DNA of 64,000 nucleotides from Podarcis pityusensis. Lineage: Eukaryota. Both the position numbers and the translations under genes were made by a program. Below are positions 23,977-37,168 of the stretch, piece after piece. Positions within the stretch are counted from its first letter, which is position 1; each line of letters begins with the position of its first letter. The notes below the pieces were generated by a model. That model saw only the letters and a list, made by a program, of their open reading frames with translations, had not been told where the DNA came from and made no database searches. The DNA is taken from the NCBI GenBank assembly GCA_964106645.2, contig OZ067042.1; one strand, 5' to 3'.

Positions 23977-26747
23977 AAGAGAAACTGGAGACTGGGACAT
24001 GGTGGCCTTTTGCAATCTGCTGCACCTTGATTTGTAGTAAGGCTGGTCCTGTCCAGATCTTCATGTTTGGACTTCTGAATGACTCTCCTCAAAGAGGAGA
24101 ACCATTCATCAGTGCAGAACTGTAGCCAGTGCTTGTGAATCTGCTTGACACCCCAGATTCAATTCCTAGCATCCGCAGGTAAAGATCAGGTTCCAGACAA
24201 TGGGAAAGACCTCTCTGCCTGAGACTGTGAAGATCAGCTGCCAGACATAGGCAATATTGAGTTAGATGACCAAATAGTATGCCCTGCTATAAGAGAGCTT
24301 CCTGCTTAGGGGAAAGGCTTCCATGCAATTTTCAACCCTAGTAATTTTTTAACAACTGCTGATGCTGAGCAGCCAATATATGTATGCGTCTCTTGCAAAG
24401 CGAAGGAATTGAAGGTGACTTGGTGCAAGCGTCTTAAGTCACAGTACTGTATGACATGATAATTGGTTAATATACCCAGCGATTGGAATAGCAAGATACC
24501 AAATGCATTTTGACTCTCTGCATCCTATATCTTAATCTCGGGCGGAAAAATAGAAAAGGCCGTTGCCGTTCCATAATAGTTGATTTAGTGTTAATGCTTT
24601 TTAACCCTGTTACTAGCAAATAAGCACACTGCTTTCCAGCACAGGCAAATAGCATAACTATTGAGGAAAAGCATGCCCCTCCATGACTGAAGTGGAATGT
24701 CTCAGTCTTGTTCAGACTTGGTCACAGCCAGTTCTAATTTCCCATATACAGAGCACAAACCCAGTATTGGTCTCCCAAATGTTGTGTGTAATAGACCTAG
24801 AAATTAATTTCACATTGGGTGAAAGGATCACTGTCAACCATAACATTTGGATATTTTTGCATGCATGAGCCAATCAATCCAGTCCAGTGCAAATTAATTT
24901 ATCGAAATTGGCCTCAGTGATAGCAAAAGGTGCTGTTATCCCAGGTGTGAGAAACTAGAATTGGGGCAGGAGAAGGACGTTCATGGTTGAAACATTAGAC
25001 ATCTCCTCCGGAGCACTACTGCATGAAGAATGATGTTAGCTCTGGCAATTACTGGAATTCTGAGGCTGTCAGAAGGTTGAGAGCAAGAATAAAGTCCCAC
25101 TGTGCATGCAGAGAAAGATAATCCCCTTGAGCTTTTACATCGCCAAAAGTGAACATCTATAAAACGGAACATTTTTACTCCCACTTAGTGTAAACAGAAT
25201 GCATACCAGCCATGCTTTGCCCCAAACCTTGGAATCTAGACCAGTTTAGAATGCTTGCTGCATGCTTTTTTGATAGCTCCCTATCCCAGCTAATTACTTA
25301 TAAAGTGTCATTACTGTCAGCTGGACAGTTGTTTATGCATATACTTAAGATTGTGACCTGAGGGTGTTGCAGGGTACAGGGAACAAGCTAATGGGCACAA
25401 CTTTACATTAAAATTGCAATTCCTAATTTATATGTATAGATGAAAAAAAGAAAGATTTTAAATGACCTAGAAGGCAAGCCAGCACCCCAGATACATTCTT
25501 CAACTGATTTTGCACCCCACCTCGGAAGACCCCTCAAATCAGTTCCTTTTCCATTCATTTGCCTGCAGTTAATTTCCCCCAAAATCCTGCTCCAAATTAA
25601 TTACTTTCAGGGCCTTTTCAGTTGTGGCTGAATGCTCTTCCTCTTGCCTGCATTATTTTTTGCTGGGAATGAAGCAGGTGGGGTAACCTCTTCCCCTTTG
25701 CTGCTGAGTCTGTCACCATCACAGGCAACTGACAGCAAAGGACAATTTGAGCTGATCTAGTTTGTGTCTATTTCCTCCACTGAAAAGCCTGAGGATATAT
25801 AGCTTTCCATGCCTTTCCAAGTAAAACTGAAACTAGTGTTGGTGAAATATTGAAGTCTGGTATTAACTTGACGTATTTTAACTTTGGCATCCCATTTGAG
25901 GAATCTGGAGAAGTTTGGTGAGCCAATGGTTCTCGTCAGTGTTTTTAAGGGATGCTTCCATGCCAGATTTCTGTTCCCCATCCTTGCTTTTCATCTCCTT
26001 AAAGGAGACCGCTAAACACACACACGCACCAAATAGCTTCATCAGGATTAATGGAGGGAAAGAGTCAGAGGTGGGTGAGGGGTGGGCTGAATGAGCCAGA
26101 GAGTAATTTCAAACCTTATCATTCTTTCTCTTGTGTGTAATGAAGAGCTCTCTTGTTGCAGACAGCTGCTCTTGAGGGGATGCTTTATGGCATCACTTCC
26201 ATAATTCAAGGTCTAATAAGCCTTGTAACGGAGAAGCTTAGGCAAGACTTATAGGAAGGGTGACTAGAATTAGCTCTGGAGCACCGAACAAAGCAAAAGG
26301 CTTGGTACCCAAAAGTAGACCACGTGCAAACATATCATCATCGTTTTCATTCTTCTACAGCCAAACTGGTGTTTATAAAGTAGGCAGTTTGGGTTGTTTT
26401 TATTCTACAGCGGGTGGGGGTGGGGAATGAAGGCTTTGGCTGTTATAATGTTTCCTATCCCATGCCTGTTTCCTTGGAAGCAGCTCCCGTTGTTTCTGTT
26501 GGATCTTTTCCCCAGGTAAGTGTGTACAGGTAATACAGCTCAAGGATCAGTAAAGAGACACAGTTGGGGAGAGGACTTGACAAAAAAGTGAAACCACCTC
26601 TTCAGTACTGAAAGTTGCCCTCCCCCTGCCAAACACACACACAGGCACACAAACCTGGTGTCTGAATCTTTAACAGAAAACTCTGTGAAAGTCAGTGTTT
26701 TTGTCTCTATGAAAGTTCATATTTTTGTCTGTTACTTGTGAGGATTA

Positions 26748-26978
26748 CAGTGGTACCTCGGGTTACATACACTTCAGATTACATACGCTTCAGGTTACAG
26801 ACTCTGCTAACCCAGAACTAGTACCTCGGGTTAAGAACTTTGCTTCAGAATGAGAACAGAAATTGTGCGGCAGCAGCAGGAGACCCCATTAGCTAAAGTG
26901 GTGCTTCAGGTTAAGAACAGTTTCAGGTTAAGAACAGACCTCTGGAACGAATTAAGTACTTAACCCGAGGTACCACTG
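26748..26978 (+). mobile_element. Tigger-like Tc1/Mariner MITE
   Basis: TA TSD; TIR CAGTGGTACCTCGGGTTA / TAACCCGAGGTACCACTG. Confidence 0.93.
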
Positions 26979-29900
26979 TACTCATGTAGACTAGCAAGTT
27001 TAAGATGCTGTGACAGAAGCACTGTTGCCTGGATTATATAAACATTCGCCCCACTACAATCTCTGTTCAGATTTTCAGGTTTTGGTTCTTTTTTGAAAAT
27101 CTGCACAGCCTGTTGGACCAGAGGTGATGCTAGGAGGACTCAGCCAAATGAATATGCACCACACAGGGGATGATGTCTCTCTCCTAATCACCTGCAACTC
27201 TCTTTAAAAACCATTGTCTTTATATTTAAGGATTATTAAAGTAGTTACATCTTAGAGCTGGTATAATGTTCTGAGTTAGTGTGTGAGCCGTGAAGTCACT
27301 GGTTCACATTTCAGCTATGAATATACTAGAAATAATCTCCCTGCCTCCCTCCCTTTGACTCACACATACACACAGAATATGAGAATAATAGTACTGAACA
27401 GCAGACTTGCCATAAGGCGTACTGAGATAATGTATGGAAAGTGCTTTGAACACTAAAAAATGTTATATTCTTGTTAATATTTTATGATAGGATACACAAA
27501 AATAGACATCTCAAATCCAGGATAGATACCCTTAACCTAAAACCACAACCACACAGACTCCTACATATTTAAACTGCTTAATCAAAGAGCTCTCTCTAAG
27601 TGGTGTGCATGATAAAACAGCTGAAGCCCACAAAAATTATAAATATGTAATTAAAACGCAGATAAAGCCAGCAAAACCTTTAAAGCCAATAGAGGCAACA
27701 TCCACATCACATCTAATTGTCTAGGTACCACTCCTTCATTGGAGCCTGTCTTTATTGCTTATGCTTCCATTGCTAACAAAATGGCACCTTCCACTAATCA
27801 TCACCCAGCAGGCAAGGGTGCTTTGTGTCTTCATTTCGCCCTGCATGGGCTTAACATTCCAGATGTGGGCTTGAAGGCAAGAGTAAGAATGAAGGGTGTG
27901 GTGCCAGTGGCAACTCCTCCACCCCCAGCAAACAGCAGCTTGGGAGGGAGGGAATTTTTTTGAAAGGATCATGGTGCAGAGAGAAGTGTTAGGCCTCTTT
28001 GCTGAGGCCCCTTGACCTTTTCACACAGACACAGACACAGCAAGAGGAAAACAAAAAATAAAAATCAGATGCATTAAATACACCCATACATCTTGCATAT
28101 CCATCTGGTTTGTTTTAGTGTTAATGCTCTCCTCTGAGCATCTACAGCTTCCAGGAAATGATTTGCATGCTCTTATCAGTTGGAGATAGATCAGATGGGA
28201 TAAATGGACGGATGCTGTGCTCACATGAGGAGCCATCACTGGAAAGCAGCACACATCATTTTGGTAATGCTAGGTTAGATCTTCTTCTTTCTTGAATCAA
28301 GGGCAATGTGGAGGATTAAAGTATCTGACCTAGGTGATGGGTTCATATGTGGCCATTCTTATGGGTGAGCTAGTAATAGTCCCTTGTTTAAGAAAAGAAC
28401 CTGTAGTCTAGCCATTTACTTCAGTCCCAAATCTCCTCTCGGAATGAGCCAGGGCAAATATTTGGCTCGTGAAAATCAGTAGGGATATCACAGTTTGATA
28501 ATACAGTTGGAGCTGACAGGTGCTGTTTATGAGAATCCTACTATAATTAGTCAGTAGCTCCAGACCTCTCATTTCAATACTCAGTGCAAAGCGATCCTAT
28601 TCTTTTTCATTTACAGGAGGAAGGAGAGTAAATAGTTTTCAAAAACCCACCAGGAGGAATTCCACAGCAATCAAAAATAAATAAATAGGCCTACATTTTC
28701 AAAAGTGGTTTTTCCCCCTAAAAATAAAAATTGTAGAACTGTCAATTGATAGAGGCTATAATTCTCCTAAGCGTACCTATTTGGAACTAAGTCCCGCTGA
28801 AATCAGTTTACTCACAGGCAAACATAGCTAGCATGATACTTGTAAAACTGCTTGACCCCAACCTGACACATTTATCCTGATATAGTCTGTACACAGGACC
28901 AGCCCTACCATTAGACAAAGCAAGGCCAGTGCCTCAGGCAGCAGATGTTGCCAGGAGTCGGAGAGCAGTGGCAAGGTGTTGGAGGTGGGTGGGTCATGCA
29001 GCCTATACTCTGTCTCCTAAGCTAGCCTGATATCCTCAGGTGTAGTGATCATTTTCTGCTTGCTCCCATGGCACTTTTATCAATATGAATGCAGCACTTT
29101 TTTTTTAACTGAAAAAAGAATACTGGGTATTGGACACACTGCAGAGTTCTGGCACTTGGTAACATGCCTTGTTCAACATTACACAAAGGGAGAGGTTGGG
29201 CTCTGATAACTTTCAACAACCCCGGTATGTGGAAATAAAAAGTGAGACAAGAGGGAAATTCCTCATCTGCTTCTGGTAGACAAATATTTCCCTGCCCTCA
29301 TTGTTCAGAGGTTGTTCAGGCTTCCCCTTGGCTACTTGCCTAATAATAAAAATAAAAATGCACTTAACTGCATCCCTACAATTATCATTTGGCCCTGAGA
29401 AATTGGAAACCGACCGCAAACACAACTTACTCCTTCAGATCTGTCAGAGGGTTGTGTTTTGAACTGTGTGCATGTTAACAATGAACTTGTGAAACTGCTT
29501 CATTCATTAAAACATGGCTTGATTCATGAAATTGCAGATACTGCTGCCTAAGTAATGTGCGAAGTCTATTTCCTGCCCAGTTCATGAGACCAGCGGTACT
29601 TTGCTTGATTTGTGCAATCGGCTATATCCTTGCCTAATTCATGAACTTCCACCGCTTAAGTGTCTCCCTTCTTAGTGAAACCAGGAAATTAGGGTCTGAA
29701 TCTTCAGAGCTGATGGGGACCACAGGGAGCTGCTTAGAGAGAGGTAGAGCATTGTCTGTCTAGCTCAGTATTGTATGCCCTGTCCGGCAATGGCTCTCCA
29801 GGGGATCCTTGAAGATATAAGGGACTGAAACTAAGACCTTCCATGTACATTGGCTGTATCAATGACCTGATGTACCATACCAGATTTGGGGGGGGGGGGG

Positions 29901-31384
29901 GATTAGACACCAGTGGGGTGTATCTGCTGCTGTTGTAGTGACAATTGTCCTGCACTGCCCTGGCACAGCACAGCTTTGTAAGTAAAATTATCACTTGCTA
30001 TCCAGTGGCCCTGGAACTGTGATCAGTGGCGAGTCTGCACTATTTTTCTTTAGTAGAATGAGCATTGTAATGGCAGGTGGGACATTTACTATCACCAAGT
30101 CCATGTGGTGCTGCAAACCACTGATAGTGCCAGCAAGTCAACCCAAGCTGTCATGAAACAAGCAAACGTTTCTTTAAAATTTAAGGGCTTTTAGTGATAG
30201 GAACGTCATTCTTTGTGGAATTTTTCTGGGGCAGGGGAGACTCTCCAAATATATAAACAGCATCAGAGGACAGGTAGATTTCTAGTAGGTCTGGTGACTG
30301 AGCTTTGCCTCTGAGAAACTTGTATTATGGGTCTGCCCCACAGTTCTTCTCAGCAGGTAGACCTGCTGTTCATTTGTGAGTAGGCCTGGCATCCTGACAT
30401 CTTCCCACTCGCTGCTGAAATCTTCGATTCTTTCCTTGGCTCCTGTCATCCTCTGCAGCCCATAATTGCTTGCACCACTGCTATAATCAGCTTCACAGTC
30501 AGCTTCCCCACCCCCCACTCCGCTTTCCCCTAAAAACAACAAAATGCCGGGATAATAGCATTGGACTGTACCTCACAGTTGCCATACATTACTTCAACTC
30601 CCCACTCTCTCCAGTAAAGTGTGAACAGTATAGATACCTTGTGTTACTTTACAGGAATGGTATAAACCTCGTCTTGCTCATTCTGAGACCTGCCTCCTGC
30701 AATATGGGCATAATACTGGTGGGCTCTACCTTCATTAGTAGAGTAATTCAGGGAACTTTTGTTTTATTTTCTTATGTGAAATAAGACCTGAGTTAGAGCT
30801 ATCACAAACTCCTGTCTTCATTGCTACCTTTTGCTTTTGAGCTGGTACATTGGGCAGCTGTCACTTATCTGCTAAGGTAGACCGGGGGGGGGGGGGGAGG
30901 CTTAAAACGAACCAAGCAATTCCTTGTGTAGAGAGATTTTTCACTCTAGGCACCTTTTCGTTGAATTGGCTAGCTCTGCTTTCTTAATGCCTGCCATTGC
31001 TATGACTTCATTCATTGGCTAAAATCACCGAGAGGTGGGAACAGGCTTGTTTTTTCACAAAACAAATGTGCTTCACATCTTGAGTGCTAAAGGTACTTTA
31101 AAAAAAAGTGAAAGCAGGGGATCTGGAGGTTGCGGCTCACCTGGAGGGCAGCTGTGTTTGCAGACACTGCCTTCCTTGTGGAAATGCATTAACAGCAAGT
31201 CATCGTTGGAAGGAGCTTCAAGAAAGGCACTAAGCAGAACAGAGCTTTTGTGTGAGTCACTCCTTCTGGACAGCGCAACGACCTGCTCTGATCCTACTAG
31301 TAGTCCAAATGCTGTGGTCTTCATCAGAAACCATTTTCCGTGTGCCTCACTGAAGGGAAGTGCAGAGAGTGACTGCATGAGAAC

Positions 31385-31600
31385 AGGCTTTTTTTCAGTG
31401 GTGGCTCCTCATCTGTGAAATGCCTGTCTCCATCACTGTTGCGTTTTAAGCACCAGGCTAAGGCATTTTTATCTACCCAAGATTTAAGAAGTTATGCTCT
31501 ACAATGGAGTGGGATAGCACTTGTCTGTCCTATTGTACTGTTGGTTGAGCGTTTTTGGAATTTTGTGTTTTATATGGTTTTAAATTTGCTTTAAATTGAT
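31385..31600 (+). mobile_element. Degraded L2-like LINE 3' fragment
   Basis: ttttcagtggtggctcctcatctgtg.aatgc...gcaccaggctaaggcatttt is the reverse complement of motifs in the 38215-38720 element. Confidence 0.5.
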
Positions 31601-31602
31601 TT

Positions 31603-31668
31603 TATCTGTTCATATTTTATTTTGTCAATTTGAGACACACACATATCTGTTTATATTTTATTTTGTCA

Positions 31669-31714
<46 letters not shown>
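31603..31714. repeat. 41-bp tandem duplication ending in an (AC)~21 microsatellite
   Basis: tatctgtt(c/t)atattttattttgtcaatt..acacaca occurs at 31603 and 31644; the AC run spans 31672-31714. Confidence 0.9.
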
Positions 31715-31719
<5 letters not shown>

Positions 31720-32814
31720 ACTAAAGCAACCTCTTCATTTGGAGTATTTGGTATTGTCAGTGTGTGACTTGTGGGTGTCGGGCAAACTGAATTGGCACAC
31801 CTGACTCTTGGGAAGCCCTCTATTTTGAAGCATCCTGATTAGGCAGAGGTGCTTCTAATTAGTTCGTCTTATGCACAGTTTTGAGATCAATGGATTCCGT
31901 TATCTTCTATTGAGATAAATGGGCTACTGTAACTAATTGATCTTGGCTCATAAATTAATTCCTTGATGAATTGACAAATTGATGTATCGATTCTTTCAGC
32001 TCTGTTTTGTTCACTGCATTTACTGGAGAGATTTTAAACTGCCATATTGTTAAAAATGCAGGTGACTTGGTAATCTAGGTTATAGTGTCTGGAAAGCGGA
32101 GGGGTGGAATTGCAGCAACAAATCCCTATCTGAAGTCAATCATAGCATCAAAACTCTGGTTTTAGGAGACTGGTATAGTGTCAGCATTTGCATAGTGGTA
32201 ACGTGCAATAATTTCAGTTCATTTATGTGTCACACTGACCATTGGCACCCATGGCTTAAGTACAGGCCAAACAAGACATAATGCTGCACGATGAGTAACC
32301 CATAGCTGTTGTACTGCCATGCCCATCATTCTCAACAATTAGCCATGCTGCCTGGGGCTGGTGGGAACTGGAGTTATACTAAATATGCACTGTTACTGAA
32401 AATAGCAACCATGCATTTCATTCCTTTCCTCAACCAACAGAACCGGTGTCCCAACATATAACAATATTCTGTGTTTCCTGCCTCTCATTCCACTAGTGTC
32501 AGTCCATTGTGTGTGGTGGGGGAAGAGGGAGGGAATACAGTGACATTAACATGTGGTTATGTTCTGGGAGATGCTATGGGGAGTAGGGGACCTAAACATG
32601 CACTTGCCATCTTTTATGCGTTTAGTAATGTGTCCTGTAGAGCCTTGAATTGTTCCAGATAAGCCACGTGGGCATTCAGGCACGGAATAGGACGTGTGAC
32701 ACAGGAGGCATTTCACATGTGAAATTCGTAATCCAGAGGTGAGGAACAGCTCTCTCCCTCTCCCTCCATTTCTGCCCACTTGCAGAGGGTTCCCACCCCC
32801 CTTCCTTCCATCAC

Positions 32815-33002
32815 TAGGGTTGCCATAAGGTGAAAATCTGGACAAAAAATTGTTGAGCTATTTTTAAGGAAATTCAACAAAATTTAGAATTCCAACATAG
32901 GCTGACATACCTCCGATCATTTCAGCGATTTCCACTTGGACGCTGCTTCCGACTGCCATATTCCGGCTATGTCTGGGAAATTCCAGACGTTTGGCAACCC
33001 TA
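32815..33002. mobile_element. hAT (Blackjack-like) MITE
   Basis: TIR TAGGGTTGCCA / TGGCAACCCTA; exact 8-bp TSD TCCATCAC (32807-32814 and 33003-33010). Confidence 0.9.
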
Positions 33003-33101
33003 TCCATCACTTTGCCTCCCCCACCACCAGTATTTCCCTCCTTTCTCCCCCTTTGGGTTCCCCCCGCTTTCATGAAATTAGACCAAGGGCAGCATGCAGT
33101 T

Positions 33102-33301
33102 NNNNNNNNNNNNNNNNNNNNNNNNNNNNNNNNNNNNNNNNNNNNNNNNNNNNNNNNNNNNNNNNNNNNNNNNNNNNNNNNNNNNNNNNNNNNNNNNNNN
33201 NNNNNNNNNNNNNNNNNNNNNNNNNNNNNNNNNNNNNNNNNNNNNNNNNNNNNNNNNNNNNNNNNNNNNNNNNNNNNNNNNNNNNNNNNNNNNNNNNNNN
33301 N
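33102..33301. other. Assembly gap (200 N)
   Basis: A run of exactly 200 N, which suggests a fixed-size scaffolding gap. Confidence 0.99.
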
Positions 33302-35025
33302 ATTAACCGACTTCCTTGTTGCTCCCACTCACTCCCTATGGAGGTTGTATATGTTTCTTGCACTCCTCCTTGCAGGGACATAGGAAGTTACATTATAGAG
33401 AGTCAGACCATTATTGATCTGTCTAGCTCTGTATTGTCTACACCAAACGGACAACAGCTCTTCCAGCCTCCTTTGGAGATGCCTGGGACATTCTGCATGA
33501 AAGCAGATACTCTACCCCTGTTATATGGCCTCCTGCAACCCTTGACTGCTTTCAAACTATGCCGTTCATGCTTTGGCAAAGTCTGACCCCTTCCTCTTCC
33601 ATGTGGCAGTGCAGTGCAACACAGTGCAGTCCACATGCTGGCTTCCTGTATGGCCATGCTGCCAGGGGAAAAGTGCCTGCCTGCCTCTCCCTGGGGCATT
33701 TCTGCATTCCTCTGCTTGGGTACTCCAATACCCAACTGAACAGAACTTACAAAGCTGCTGTTCATATATGCCCACAACTACAAAAGGGGGAAATTGTACA
33801 TTTTTAAAAAAAAATATATATATATAGTAGTTTACTCAATATGGCCAACTTCCCATGTGCAGACGACAGGCTTTGGGAGACATGTCGTGGCTCAGTACAT
33901 GAACATAAGAATAGGACTGCAGACCTTTCTTTCATTTTGTATGTCTGGTTTAGGTGCAAAGAGCATGCATGCATATATACCTTTCCAGACTGTGTGAAGC
34001 ATTTATCTCCCTCGGTGCCTTATTCTCACCAGACTCAACCAAAAGCAATATCCACAGCTTCGCGCAATTTGTTGGGCAAGCTTGGAAGGAGGAACAGCTA
34101 GTAATAGCTGGGCATGTGCACTCTAGAACTGGAGACTGTGTCGCACAGATTCTGGTAATAAGTAGGTGGGAAAGAGGGGGAGAGTGTGCAATAGTAAACT
34201 GGCATGGCTAAGTGTGGAAGAATCTTATGATGTGCCTGGTTGTGACACCACAGACCCCATTCAGTTAGTGCACTGGTCCTGATACACAAACATGTGATGG
34301 GTAGCTGCACTTTCGATGGGGTAGAAACTGCTATTTCCCAGCAATTGTATTTAGCAGTTTAAAAGCTGGCAAGCAGAGGCTTGCTGACAACAGCAGCTCT
34401 TGCTTGCATGGTATAAACATGGGTGAGTAAGTGGAAATCCACAGAAGCTGTCAGATTGCCACCAGTCTCTTTATGGCAATCACCTCTCCCACATTGCCCG
34501 GCTCAACATGAGGGACCTCACCTGCTTCCCCCAGGTTCTCTGTGCTTGGCAGAGAACTCAAGAGCTGACAAGGGACTCTCACTTTATCCTGGGTAGGAGT
34601 GACAAACCCTGCCCTTCCTCCATGTTATACAGAGAACTTGGCGTGCAGGGAGGGGATTGGTCTATCACCGCTTAATGGAGTCTCAGAAGCTTAGTATGAC
34701 CGTGTAGACTGGCTCCTGGTGACTCCTAGATCAGGAGACTTGTGGAAGGGGAGAAGGGGCAGTAGCAACCACCAATAATGGCAGGGGTGTACCTGGGGGT
34801 TGGATAGGTTGCCCCCCCCCGCCAAGGCCCAGGGGATGCCAAAAAACCTGTGGCTCAGAGTGGCTAGGAACCTGTCTGCCCACTTGCTCCCTGGGCTGCT
34901 CCTCCATTACTCTAAGCAACCAAGCAAGGCACACAGGCTCCTCTGGGTGCGCCTGTGGAGGAGGGGAAGGGACCAGGGGCAGATGCAATACAGCTCCTTA
35001 CCAAGGGTACAAGGGAGTCTAAACT

Positions 35026-35279
35026 GGAGAGCCAGTGTGGTATAGTAGTTAAGAGTGCTAGTCTCGTAATCTGGTGAACTGGGTTCACGTCTCCGCTCCT
35101 CCACATGCAGCTGCTGGGTGACCTTGGGCCAGTCACACTTCTCTGAAGTCTCTCGGCCCCGCTCACCTCACAGAGTGTTTGTTGTGGGGGAGGAAGGGAA
35201 AGGAGAATGTTAACCATTTTGAGACTCCTTCGGGTAGTGATAAAGCGGGATATCAAATCCAAACTCTTCTTCTTCTTCT
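35026..35279 (+). mobile_element. Full-length tRNA-derived SINE (Squam3-like) with (TTC)n tail
   Basis: GGAGAGCCAGTGTGGTATAGTAGTTAAGAG head, GGGTTCACGTC B-box-like motif, MIR/CORE-like gtgaccttgggccagtcac, and tail aaatccaaactcttcttcttcttc. Confidence 0.85.
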
Positions 35280-36931
35280 GCATAATGGCAGTCAAACCAC
35301 CCTTGTCTTAAGAGGTGCAACTAACATGCACCTGTCTGGAAGCACAGGTAATAAGATACCCATCAGTAAATGGTTACGTCCAAAGCCTATAAGCCTTTGT
35401 TTTAGACACCTAAAATTTAGAGGATGCCGTTCTGAGTTACAGCAAGATGCAAACTGGCCACTAAATGAGGAACAGGAAAATTTGGATCCCTGCATCAGCT
35501 GAAGCGACTGTTTTCATGCCCCTGGAAGGAAATAACTTTTACTGTGTGTGGCATTCATGGAGCAAAACAGGTGCAGCTAACATTTAATAGTTGTCTTCCT
35601 TAGTGGAAGCCAGGTGCCAAGTTCTTAACAGCTAGCAATAAGCAGGACAAAACAAAGGCCTGTTTCAGGGGAGGGGGGAATTGTTGTCCATGGAAACTGC
35701 GCCACTAGGTGCCCAAATGGGAGCAAGGAAGAAGTGGATGGCACCCGTGCCGCTGCATCATGTGCCTCTAACAGCATAGCTGGTGGGCCAAACGCTCTGC
35801 CTGCCTTGGCCGGTTGCAGCCATTCCACATTCATGTATGATTCATGTAGTCCACATTGCTCAGCCAACATTTTCATTTGTTTTTAATATCATAGTGGTTC
35901 TATAAAAGGACGGTGCTATAAAAACCAAGAGAACTTTATGCCCAGGCACAATTGGTAGTTTAAGTATTGTGGGGGTAATTCTCCGCTAACAGGCAATTGT
36001 TTTCCACAGCAGCTGATGCTGCTGCCAAAATAAGAAAATTTGTTTCTTTTCTAAAGGCTTTTATGTGTGGAGCTATCAGCCAAAGAACGAGCAGCCCTGA
36101 TTAGTTTTAAAAGAATATTTTGGATGCCAGGTTCCACCAGAGCGAAAACCAGCTTTTAAACATACATGCTAATTTTATGGAGACAGACACAACCGAGGAA
36201 GGGGGGAGTCAGGAGAATGGGAGATGGGTTTTGACTATATTTTGACATGTGAATAACTCCATTTTTAAAACAAAACAAAACAAAAAGGCTGTAGAACTTC
36301 TGCAAATGTGTGTGTTGCAAAGAAAAGAACCACTGATAGACTGTCTGTCAACAGAAGTGCATTGCTGAAACTTGCATATACATTAAATATAATATGCTTG
36401 TAACAATCCAACTGAGATCTCTTGGCAGCAACATTTTCATGCCACCCCAGTCTCAACACTGCCCTGCCTTGCCTCTGCATCGTCCCAGGAGGCACCAGTG
36501 CTGCTCCTTCTGGGCTTTTGAATGGAAACTTGGTCGCTCTCATGAAGTCGTATCTTCTTGGTTCTCATGGACCTCTTGGTGGCTTACATTACTGTCAACC
36601 AGGGTATCCTCCTGGGACACCTTGCTAGTTTGAGAAAGGGAGGCACTGCATTGCAGCAGTTCTACACCTAAGGCAAGGTAGGTCCCAGAAGATAGCGCTG
36701 GAGATGCTGCTCTGCCTGTTAGGACTTGTCCTATGAAGTGTTGCAAGATTCTATCTTGTCCCCCTCTGCTTCTTCAACACCAGCACCCTGGAAGATGATG
36801 GCTAGAGATTTGTGGTGAAGCGTTGTTGGTGTGTTGATTGATACTCCCCCCACCTTCCACCCTTGTCAATGCAGAAGCAGGTGAAGCGGTAGGAATTCTG
36901 AACCTTGACAGGAGGCAGTGATGGACTAGAC

Positions 36932-37168
36932 CAGCGGTTCTCAACCTGTGGGTCCCCAGATGTTGTTGACTACAACTCCCATCATCCCTAGCTAGCAAGG
37001 CCAGAGCTGACCTAAACATAGTCTGTAGTACGTCAAGCTGGGGTTGCAGCACCTTGGACAGCTCTGAGCTGACACCTTGCTCCAGGGAGGTCTCGGAACC
37101 CAGCTGAGCAGGGATGATGAGAATTGTAGTCCAATAACATCTGGGGACCCACAGGTTGAGAACCACTG
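36932..37168. mobile_element. hAT-type MITE with a ~104-bp internal insert
   Basis: Long TIRs CAGCGGTTCTCAACCTGTGGGTCCCCAGATGTT / AACATCTGGGGACCCACAGGTTGAGAACCACTG; degenerate 8-bp TSD GACTAGAC/TACTAGAT. Confidence 0.9.

Noticed and set aside
32864-33586. ORFs spanning X runs
   Set aside because: Artefacts of the N gap.
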